Notes under the pieces: model-generated
Told to the model about the DNA's origin: nothing
What the model saw: only the letters and a program-made list of their open reading frames with translations
Database searches by the model: none
Program-made: the position numbers and the translations under genes
Shown: one piece after another, positions 19,418-27,707 of the stretch
Layout: every line of letters starts with the position of its first letter
Position numbering within the stretch: position 1 is the first letter of the stretch
Source of the DNA: Candidatus Latescibacterota bacterium
Lineage (GTDB): Bacteria; Latescibacterota; UBA2968; UBA8231
DNA length: 64,000 bases
Assembly (NCBI GenBank): GCA_965197905.1
Contig: CBDAOB010000005.1
Span: forward strand, 1,728,001 to 1,792,000
Direction of reading: 5' to 3'

Positions 19418-20800
19418 TTGAAGATTTTGGCTATAGCCGGCGTCTTCGCATTCGTCATTTCCTGTACCCAACCTGAGAGTCCAAGGGCCGTTTTTCCATC
19501 GATTCTGCATGGCAAGGACCCAAGCCTGGTAGCATGGGTGAGGAAGTCGATCGAAGCGGCCAATCGCGAACCGGAGAAATCAGAATCCTGGCTCGAGCTC
19601 GGTTACATTTATGAGGCGAACAGTCTGGACTCTCTGGCAGTGGTTACCTACGATCTGGCCATTGCGGTCAACCCCACCAATGCCCGTGCCTGGTACCGAA
19701 TCTTCGTCGTTTCCCATAGGCAAAGAGATCAGGAGCGCGCCGACGAAGCGAACTCGCGTTTGCTCGAGCTTGCCCCGGACTACGCACCGCTGCACATCCG
19801 CTCGGGATACTGGCACCTCGACCTAGGGCGATCATCGGAAGCGGGGTCGTCCTTCCAGCGGGCAGTCGAGCTCGATTCGGGCAATCCTGGCGGCCACTGG
19901 GGTTTGGCCCGGATCATGATGCTGGAGAATGAGCCGGATAAGGCGAGCGAGCTTCTAGAGAGCTTGCTGCGACGGCGACCGGACGATCCGTATTCCTACC
20001 AGTTGTTGGGAACTGCTTACCGTCAAGCGGGTCGCTGGCAAGAAGCCCAAAGAGTTCTGGCGAACAGGGAGAGCGCGGGAAAGGTCTGGCCGGATCCATG
20101 GCATGAGGAGGTCCAGCCATACGAGACCGGGTTACAGGTCGAGCTCAAGCGGGTTCGTGCCTACCTCGCACAAGGGGCACCACGAGTAGCGATCGTCACA
20201 TTGGACCACCTCCGGAAAGTGCATCCGGAGAGCATCATCGTGCTGAAGATGCTCGGCAAGACCCTGGGGCAGACCGAACAATGGGAACGGGCGCTGGATG
20301 TCTTCAGCCAGGCGCAGAGCAAAGCTCCAGACGATGCCGAACTCTTCCAGGGCATTGCCTCGGTCTATTTCGGTATGGGGGATGTGGATAAGGCGATGTC
20401 TCAGTTGGAGCTCGCGCTGGCGATCGATTCGACATTGGCCAGCGCCCACGCCGGTCGCGGCAGCATTCTTATGCTACGACGTCAGCTGCCGCAAGCAGCA
20501 CTTGCGTTTCAGATGGCGGCGCGCTTTGAGCCCGACGATCCGTCACACCTGGTGCAGCTGGGAATGGTTCAGTGCGACCTCAAGCAATGGGGGGAAGGAC
20601 GGACGAGCTTCATGAGCGCGGTGGCCATCGATTCCACCCTGTACGAAGGTTACCTCGGGTGGGCCGTTGCGGAGCGCAATATGGGCAACCTGCGTGCAGC
20701 AGAGCAGGCACTGCTGCGCGCCGAGGCGCTGAAACCGGAATCCGAGACGGTGAAATCGCTTCTGCAAACGGTTCGTCGACAGCGATCGGATTCGAATTGA
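19418..20800 (+). CDS. TPR lipoprotein, paralog of the divergent TPR gene
   Basis: AAGGAGG then TTG start; VISC lipobox; TPR array; PSILHGKDPSLVA matches PAILQGKEPTLVA of the paralog. Confidence 0.85.
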   Translation: MKILAIAGVFAFVISCTQPESPRAVFPSILHGKDPSLVAWVRKSIEAANREPEKSESWLELGYIYEANSLDSLAVVTYDLAIAVNPTNARAWYRIFVVSHRQRDQERADEANSRLLELAPDYAPLHIRSGYWHLDLGRSSEAGSSFQRAVELDSGNPGGHWGLARIMMLENEPDKASELLESLLRRRPDDPYSYQLLGTAYRQAGRWQEAQRVLANRESAGKVWPDPWHEEVQPYETGLQVELKRVRAYLAQGAPRVAIVTLDHLRKVHPESIIVLKMLGKTLGQTEQWERALDVFSQAQSKAPDDAELFQGIASVYFGMGDVDKAMSQLELALAIDSTLASAHAGRGSILMLRRQLPQAALAFQMAARFEPDDPSHLVQLGMVQCDLKQWGEGRTSFMSAVAIDSTLYEGYLGWAVAERNMGNLRAAEQALLRAEALKPESETVKSLLQTVRRQRSDSN

Positions 20801-20971
20801 GTTGGTCCGCCCCCTGCACATGCCGGCAGGCACAAACCCGGGTCTTCGGTCACTCTGTTCGCGCTCGCACTGGACGGGGTGCAGCGAGGCTAGCGATCCG
20901 CCACCACTGACGCAGTTCGATATGGAGAACGACGGCGACTCAGCCGCCGCGACCTGAGGTTGTTAGTCGAT

Positions 20972-22090
20972 CTATTGCTTGACGTCGAACGGCAGCGGAT
21001 GAAAATCGACGCCGACGGTCTCTGCTACTCCGCGATGAGTAATCTTTCCACGGATCATGTTTAGACCATGCGCCAGACCCTGGTCGATGCGGCAGGCCTC
21101 TTCCCACCCTCGGTTCGCGATCTCCAGGACGTACGGAAAGGTGGCGTTGGAAAGTGCCATGGTGGCCGTGCGAGGAACGGCGCCCGGCAGATTCGCAACC
21201 CCGCAGTGTACCACACCATCCACGACATAGGTCGGATCGTGATGTGTTGTGGGGTGCATGGTTTCTACGCACCCCCCCTGATCGACTGCCACATCAATGA
21301 TCACCGACCCTTTCTTCATCCAGTGCAACATCTCTTTGGTTACCAAGGTTGGTGACTTGGCTCCAGGTAGCAGGACAGCCCCAATGAGGAGGTCTGCTGA
21401 GGGCACCAATTTCTCGAGATTGTAGCTGTTGGATACCAGGGCGGTTACGTTGGGTGGCATCACCTGTGAAAGATGTCGCAACGGGGTGTTGTCGATATCG
21501 AGCACGAACACCGTAGCGCCGATACCTGCGGCAGTGCGTGCTGCGCTCTGACCTACCACACCCCCTCCGAGGATCAAAACGTCGGCGGGGGCAACCCCGG
21601 GCAAGCCGCCGAGGAGCACTCCCCTCCCTCCCTGCGGAGCCTCGAGGTATTTCGCCCCTTCCTGAACGGCCATGCGGCCGGCAATCTCACTCATGGGAAT
21701 CAGGAGCGGCCGCGAGCCGTCGGCGGCTTGGACGGTCTCGTAGGCGATGGCGATTGCTTCGGTTTCGGCGAATCGGTTGGTCAATTCCAGGCTGGCGGCA
21801 AAATGGAAGAACGTGAATACGATCTGCCCTTCGCGGATCAGTTCGAACTCCCCGTCTAGGGGCTCTTTGACCTTTAGGATCAGATCTGCCTGGGCAAATA
21901 CCTCCTCCACCGTGTCGACGACAATCGCCCCTTCTTCCATGTAAGATTCGTCGGTCACCCCGGCTCCGATGCCCGCTTCTTGCTCGAAATAGACGTCGTG
22001 GCCCGCTTCTACGAGCGCACGCACTCCGAACGGCAGCAGCCCTACACGCCTTTCATCTTCTTTGATTTCTTTAGGCACTCCGATTATCAT
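20972..22090 (-). CDS. ald: Alanine dehydrogenase
   Basis: MIIGVPKEIK, KVKEP, MSEIAGR, DVAVDQGGC and ANLPGAVPRTAT. Confidence 0.96.
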   Translation of the reverse strand: MIIGVPKEIKEDERRVGLLPFGVRALVEAGHDVYFEQEAGIGAGVTDESYMEEGAIVVDTVEEVFAQADLILKVKEPLDGEFELIREGQIVFTFFHFAASLELTNRFAETEAIAIAYETVQAADGSRPLLIPMSEIAGRMAVQEGAKYLEAPQGGRGVLLGGLPGVAPADVLILGGGVVGQSAARTAAGIGATVFVLDIDNTPLRHLSQVMPPNVTALVSNSYNLEKLVPSADLLIGAVLLPGAKSPTLVTKEMLHWMKKGSVIIDVAVDQGGCVETMHPTTHHDPTYVVDGVVHCGVANLPGAVPRTATMALSNATFPYVLEIANRGWEEACRIDQGLAHGLNMIRGKITHRGVAETVGVDFHPLPFDVKQ

Positions 22091-22112
22091 CTGGCTCTCT
22101 CCCGCGATTCGT

Positions 22113-23093
22113 TTATGTGCAAGCGACTGTTTCACCGGTGCGGGCCGAGGCGTAGATCGCCTCAAGCAGGGCGACGGTTCGACGACCTTCCCGTCCATTG
22201 ACTCGCATCTCCCCGTCCGTCTCCAACGCCTCGACCATATCCTCGATCACATTCTGCAACCTGTTTTCGTATCCATTCAGATGCTGCTCCAGGCCGTCAC
22301 CGATGATCTGCATCTTGCCTGTGAGTACGTCGTCGATTAGAATGGCGCCGCCGGTGCCGTGGACCTCGGCACTAAAATAGGCGTCTGTTGGGAAGGTCGT
22401 CGTTCCCATAACCGTCCCCTTGGCGCCGCTGGTAAAGTTGACGATGGCCAGCCCGATATCTTCGGTCTCGATGTCGTGATTCATGATCGCCGTCTCGCCG
22501 TAGACCCGTTTCGGATCACCCATAAACCACAGCAGGATATCGACCAGATGAGCTCCTTGGTTCGCCAGCGATCCGCCTCCATCCATCCTCCAGGTGCCGC
22601 GCCAGCCGCCTCCGTGGGCGAAATAATCGGCCGAGCGAAACCACTTGAAGCGCACCTCTCCTAAGATCGGCTTGCCCAAACACCCGTCTTTCAATGCGCT
22701 GGCGACGCGTACGTTTTCATCCACGTAGCGACTCTGATAGTCAACCCCGATCTTGACACCTGCCCTCTCCCCGGCGGCGATCAGGCGATCGCACGCTTCC
22801 ACCGACACGTCCATGGGTTTGGTGACAATCAGGTGTTTGCCCGCCTCCACCACCTTGACCCCCAGGTCGGCGTGGGTTCCGCTTGGCGTCACAATCATAA
22901 CCACGTCCACATCCGGGCGGCCCAAGGCATCGTCGAGATTGCTGCTCCAATCGCACCCAAGCTCCTCTGCCACTTCCGTCGCCAGCGCCGCGTTCAGATC
23001 AACAACGACTTTCAACTCAGCGCCGGCGGTCTCTTTGATCATGCGGGCACGATTGCGGCCCATGCCGAGGCCAACCATGGCGAATCCTGGCAT
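22113..23093 (-). CDS. Gfo/Idh/MocA family oxidoreductase
   Basis: VGLGMG Rossmann motif, TPSGTH, TKPM and DGGGSLANQGAHLVD. Confidence 0.92.
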   Translation of the reverse strand: MPGFAMVGLGMGRNRARMIKETAGAELKVVVDLNAALATEVAEELGCDWSSNLDDALGRPDVDVVMIVTPSGTHADLGVKVVEAGKHLIVTKPMDVSVEACDRLIAAGERAGVKIGVDYQSRYVDENVRVASALKDGCLGKPILGEVRFKWFRSADYFAHGGGWRGTWRMDGGGSLANQGAHLVDILLWFMGDPKRVYGETAIMNHDIETEDIGLAIVNFTSGAKGTVMGTTTFPTDAYFSAEVHGTGGAILIDDVLTGKMQIIGDGLEQHLNGYENRLQNVIEDMVEALETDGEMRVNGREGRRTVALLEAIYASARTGETVACT

Positions 23094-23100
23094 ACTTACT

Positions 23101-23967
23101 TCAGCCCCCCTTTAGAAACTGTTCGATGTACTCCCGCGATCGCAGGATCCCTTCCTGCTGCAATTCAGGTGTAGCGGAGAAGTGGTGATCCTCCAGCTCG
23201 ATGCTCAGCACGCCATCGTAGCCGGCTTCTTCCAGCCGCCGGATGACCTGATTCCAGTCCACTTCCCCTTCCCCCGGAATGGTGTAACGCCACCAACCTT
23301 CTCCATACCTGAAACTCCGGGCATGGGTTTCTCCGAGTATGCCCGATTCGTACAACCTTTCGGAGATGATTTCGGTGTCCTTCAAGTGTACGTGGCGGAC
23401 CCGGTCGCCGAATTCGTGCAGTAGCCGCAGATAATCGATCTGAATGCGCGCGAAGTGGGAAGGATCGTAGCAGATGCCCAGATTGGCCGACGGAACGATC
23501 TCGAAGATACGTCGCAGACTTTCGGGTGTGCACCCCAGATTCGGATAATACGGTGCTGGTCCCGGATACGGCTCGATGGCGATCTGGACCCCTTCGCTCT
23601 CGGCATGCTCCGCCACCTTTGGATAGATCTTGGAAAAGATTTCGAAGCTCGTCTGACGCGTTTGGGTCGGATCGTCCGGAGAGAGGAGGACGAAGCAGGT
23701 ATGCCCGCCAAACCGCTTGATGGCTGAAATATCTTTCTTGAACTGGGTCAGCGCTTTGCGGCGGACCGCCGCATTTTTTGACAGAAGCCCCTGGTCGGTC
23801 GCGTCACAAGACCCGATCTCGAGCCGGTTGGTGGCGCATATACGCGCGATATCCGCTGTGAGTGCTGGAGTGTCCGCCGCTTCGAACCCGTTCTCCGCTA
23901 ACCAGTTGGCATATTTCTTGAAGCCAATCTTACCCGCGAACGGCGGCATACGCGTTCCAATCTTCAT
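23101..23967 (-). CDS. Sugar phosphate isomerase/epimerase (xylose-isomerase-like TIM barrel)
   Basis: IAIEP, YDPSH, HVHLKD, PGEGEVDW and LSIELED. Confidence 0.9.
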   Translation of the reverse strand: MKIGTRMPPFAGKIGFKKYANWLAENGFEAADTPALTADIARICATNRLEIGSCDATDQGLLSKNAAVRRKALTQFKKDISAIKRFGGHTCFVLLSPDDPTQTRQTSFEIFSKIYPKVAEHAESEGVQIAIEPYPGPAPYYPNLGCTPESLRRIFEIVPSANLGICYDPSHFARIQIDYLRLLHEFGDRVRHVHLKDTEIISERLYESGILGETHARSFRYGEGWWRYTIPGEGEVDWNQVIRRLEEAGYDGVLSIELEDHHFSATPELQQEGILRSREYIEQFLKGG

Positions 23968-23983
23968 TCCGTACTCCTTCGAA

Positions 23984-25201
23984 TCAGGATCCAGCGCGAG
24001 GCTCGGTCCGCGCCAGATCTGTGGCCGCACGTTGCTCGAACCCCACCGCCTGCGTGGGGATCCCCGTGTTGATCCACTGACTGCAAATCAGCGACACCAA
24101 TGCGAGGGCGGCGCCGCTGAAAAATATCACCTGATAACCGAAGAAATGCCAGGCGAGCCCGCCGGCTACAGGGGCGACGACGGCGGAAATGTGGTTCATG
24201 GTGATGCCCATCGAGATGGTAGGTTTCAGTTCTTCTTTTGGCGCGATCTTGTGAATGTAGGTAGTCAGGGCGATGCTGCCGAAAAAAATCAGATTGTCTA
24301 TGCAGTACAGGGCGTACAAGGTCTGGCGGTGTTCGACAACGGCATACCCCAGGAAAACGAAGATGAGTCCCAGATAGCTGACGCTCAACATGACCCGTTC
24401 CCCGAGCTTGTCGATCAATCGGCCCAGCGTCGGCCCGGTCAAGGTGATCAAGCTTTGATTGATGAGCACCAGAATCATGGTAGTCTCCACCGGCATGCCG
24501 TGGACCTTGACCAGCGCAAAGATCGCGAAGGTGATAAACATCTGCTTGCGGCAGCCCTGCAGGAAGTTCAACAGATAGAACAGGAAATACCTGCGGTGGA
24601 AGACGAAGCTTTTCTCCCCTGCTATGCGGGTACTGCGACGGACGAAAATGAGCGCGGCCCCTCCCAGGACGGTCACCGCCCCGGCGGCGATAAACAAACC
24701 ATCGTAATGCAGATGAGGAAGCAGAAAGATGCAAGCTGCGATGGTAAGCAACATGCCGACGCTGTGGACAGAGCGCAGCTGACCGAGCCAGCGACCTTTG
24801 TTACCCTCGGGGGAAAGCGAAAGCGCGAGGCTCTGCTCGATGGGAATCCAGCAGTGAAACCCGATGCTCCAGACCACCGAATACAAAGCCAGGGCGCTTA
24901 CGGTCGCGACGCCGGCATACGCCATGAATCCCAAGCCCATCACGAGGAGCGAGACCGCGGCCACCAATGGAGGAGCGGCGCGAATTATGAGGGCGATGAA
25001 GAAGGCGTTGAGAAAGCCCGGTATCTCCCGCAGCGCTTCCACATAACCCAGCTCGTGGGCCTCGATGCCCAGACGTTCAACGATGAAATTGTTGAAAAGC
25101 GTGAGTTGCACCCCGAAGAAGACGCCGACCGAAAACACGGCTGCAGCCAGCATCGCAAAGCTGCCTGACCATTGGGCGAAGGGATTTCTGGGAATTCTCA
25201 A
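23984..25201 (-). CDS. MFS transporter
   Basis: About 12 TM helices; GRLIDKLGER motif A. Confidence 0.88.
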   Translation of the reverse strand: MRIPRNPFAQWSGSFAMLAAAVFSVGVFFGVQLTLFNNFIVERLGIEAHELGYVEALREIPGFLNAFFIALIIRAAPPLVAAVSLLVMGLGFMAYAGVATVSALALYSVVWSIGFHCWIPIEQSLALSLSPEGNKGRWLGQLRSVHSVGMLLTIAACIFLLPHLHYDGLFIAAGAVTVLGGAALIFVRRSTRIAGEKSFVFHRRYFLFYLLNFLQGCRKQMFITFAIFALVKVHGMPVETTMILVLINQSLITLTGPTLGRLIDKLGERVMLSVSYLGLIFVFLGYAVVEHRQTLYALYCIDNLIFFGSIALTTYIHKIAPKEELKPTISMGITMNHISAVVAPVAGGLAWHFFGYQVIFFSGAALALVSLICSQWINTGIPTQAVGFEQRAATDLARTEPRAGS

Positions 25202-25320
25202 TGAGATAGCTGGTGGGATCTTTCGGAGCTTTATCTAAGCTGGTCGTCTCCCTGTTGTCAAGGAATCCGCTGACATTGCACCGCGATCCGGGTGACGCCT
25301 ATATTCCAGCCAACGATGCC

Positions 25321-26604
25321 ATGAATAGACGACGATTCCTCGAGGGAGCAGGGGCCTTCACCGCCTCCATGTTCGGCGCCTCCCTAACTAACCCCTCGCA
25401 AGCCGAACCACCAGCGGCGGCTCCGCGCTCAGCCGACGAAGCCGAGTTCTGGAAGCAGATCCGATCGGAGTTTCCCCTTGGAGACCACCGCATCTACTTG
25501 AATACCGGAGGGTTGGGGGCTTCACCTAGGGTGGCGATCGACGCGGTCAAAGACGAGATGGACAAGCTGGAACGCATTGCCGAGACCGGCCGTTCTGCAT
25601 CCCTGTGGGTATCCATCAAGTCGACCGCCGGCTCCCTGTTGGGATGTCCGGCCCGAAACATCGCCTACACGCGCAACGCGACTGAAGGCATCAACATTGT
25701 CTGCAACGGATTGCCGCTTGCGGCCGGCGACGAGGTTATCACCAGCGCCCACGAACACGTAGCCAATACCGTGACCTGGTTGGCGCGTCAACGATTCGAT
25801 GGGATTCGCCTGCGCGTATTTGAACCGTCCCTGCGGTCGGCGCAGGAGAACCTGGACCGGATCGAACGACTCATCACCCCGAGAACGCGCGTGTTGAGCC
25901 TGCCGCACGTCACGACCACCACCGGGCAGGTGATGCCGGTCGAAGACATAGGAGCGTTGGCGAGCTATCATGGCCTGTGGTATTTCCTCGATGGTGCTCA
26001 GGCGCCCGGCATGATGCCGGTCGACGTAGGTCGAATAGGATGTCACGCGTATGCGACCAGCGGCCACAAGTGGCTTCTAGGACCGAAAGGGACCGGACTG
26101 GTCTACGTGCACGACGAGGCCCTGGAGACGATTCGGCCACGATGGGTGGGTGCCCACTCGGCAGGTGGTCAACCGGACATGATATATACCGGTGAATTCC
26201 ATTTCGACGAGGGCGCTCAGCGCTACGAATTCGGGACGGTGAGCGTACCCTTGTTCATAGGTCTTGGCGCCTCCATGCGGTTTCTCTCCGATATAGGCAT
26301 GGGGCGTATATGGGCGCGAAACCGACAGATGGCCAGCACCCTGATGTCGGGCCTGGAAGCCGCTGGCGCCGAGGTGCTATCGCCATCCAACCCCGAGGAA
26401 CACAGCGCGATGATTACCTTCAGGTCCGATCGAATCCCGGCGCAGAAGCTGCAATCGGTGCTCGCTGGCCGCTACAGACTGCGTACGCGGAAGATCTACG
26501 AAGAGGGCCTAGATGCGGTGCGTGTCTCGCTACACCTGTACAACTCCCCCGAAGAGGTAGAAATTGTGCGATCGGCTGTGCGTGAGGTGTTGGAACGGAG
26601 CTAG
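25321..26604 (+). CDS. Tat-exported class V PLP enzyme (cysteine lyase / isopenicillin N epimerase-like)
   Basis: MNRRRFL Tat signal; YLNTGG, RNATEG, DGAQ and SGHKWLLGPKG. Confidence 0.88.
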   Translation: MNRRRFLEGAGAFTASMFGASLTNPSQAEPPAAAPRSADEAEFWKQIRSEFPLGDHRIYLNTGGLGASPRVAIDAVKDEMDKLERIAETGRSASLWVSIKSTAGSLLGCPARNIAYTRNATEGINIVCNGLPLAAGDEVITSAHEHVANTVTWLARQRFDGIRLRVFEPSLRSAQENLDRIERLITPRTRVLSLPHVTTTTGQVMPVEDIGALASYHGLWYFLDGAQAPGMMPVDVGRIGCHAYATSGHKWLLGPKGTGLVYVHDEALETIRPRWVGAHSAGGQPDMIYTGEFHFDEGAQRYEFGTVSVPLFIGLGASMRFLSDIGMGRIWARNRQMASTLMSGLEAAGAEVLSPSNPEEHSAMITFRSDRIPAQKLQSVLAGRYRLRTRKIYEEGLDAVRVSLHLYNSPEEVEIVRSAVREVLERS

Positions 26605-26634
26605 TCCCGCGAGAATAGCAGGTCGCGTTGCCCT

Positions 26635-27699
26635 TCAGAATTCGAACTGCAGCGAGATTCGGTGCACGTTGTCGAGGATGCCGAACTCCGTGAAGGCGTA
26701 GTCGACAACGGTGTCGTACGCGCCGTAGGGCAGCAGCACTCCGAGCCCTAGTGTAAAACCTTCTTCCGTCCTGGGAGCTGAGAATCTGGACCCGGTGACC
26801 TCGTCCACCTTCGCGTCCGTCGAGTTCGAATAGTTGAACTTGTACCCCCCTCTCAGTTTCAGAAAGTCCCGGTACTCAGCTTCGGCCGCGGTGAACAGGA
26901 GTTGCTCGCTGTCCTGGGGTTTGGTCGCGTCTGCCAAAAGAGTGACCTTCAAACCCTGATCATTGTCAACCAGATCCACCGCTGACCCGATGCTGAACAG
27001 CAACGGCAACGGAGCAGCCACCTTGAAGAATTTCAAATCGTCGCCCAGGTTGTTGATGCGGGCGCCGATCCTCGCGCCTCGATAACCGACCCGGTATATG
27101 GCGCCGAAATCCACGGCAGCCGCCGTGGCGCTCAGCTCATCGATGTTCTGGTTGATGACCTTGGCAGTAGCGCCCAGGGTTAGCCTGTCGGTGAACTCTC
27201 GCGCCCACGAAACCTGCAATGCCAGGTCTTGGTAGTCATAGTTTCCCGATCCCGTATCTCGAAAGCCTGTATAGGTTGTTTCCAGCACTGGGGGAACCGC
27301 ATCGCGATCCGCTCCATCGGTATTGTCGACGCCCGCCAAGCCCAATCCTACCAGACCGACACCCAAGGTGCCAACATCCCCGAAATCGTGGAACATGGCC
27401 GCAGCGAAATGATTCAGATCTGCGATCCACCGATTGTACGACAGCGCAACCTGTGATCTACCCCCGTCGATGGCGATACCCGCGGGATTCCAGAACATCT
27501 GATTCGCGTCACCGGGTATGGTGGTATAGGCCGAACCCAGGGCGACGGCCCTGGCGCCGACACCGATCTTCAGAAAGGCAGCCCCCGTCAGCCCCGACTT
27601 GCGGATCGATGCCGATCCTGGAACCGCTCCTAGAAGCATCAGCGTTACGAGGATGACGAACAACCGCAAGCTACCCTTACATTTGTCTAAACTCATCAT
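26635..27699 (-). CDS. PorV/PorQ-like (UPF0164) outer-membrane beta-barrel
   Basis: AAFLKIGVGARAVALG, FWNPAG and C-term VDYAF...HRISLQFEF. Confidence 0.85.
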   Translation of the reverse strand: MMSLDKCKGSLRLFVILVTLMLLGAVPGSASIRKSGLTGAAFLKIGVGARAVALGSAYTTIPGDANQMFWNPAGIAIDGGRSQVALSYNRWIADLNHFAAAMFHDFGDVGTLGVGLVGLGLAGVDNTDGADRDAVPPVLETTYTGFRDTGSGNYDYQDLALQVSWAREFTDRLTLGATAKVINQNIDELSATAAAVDFGAIYRVGYRGARIGARINNLGDDLKFFKVAAPLPLLFSIGSAVDLVDNDQGLKVTLLADATKPQDSEQLLFTAAEAEYRDFLKLRGGYKFNYSNSTDAKVDEVTGSRFSAPRTEEGFTLGLGVLLPYGAYDTVVDYAFTEFGILDNVHRISLQFEF

Positions 27700-27707
27700 A
27701 TCGATAG

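Noticed and set aside
23717..25168. Long antisense ORFs (for example 483 aa here, 510 aa at 28710-30242, 356 aa at 9473-10543)
   Set aside because: They are shadow ORFs opposite well-supported genes in GC-rich DNA and have no motifs.
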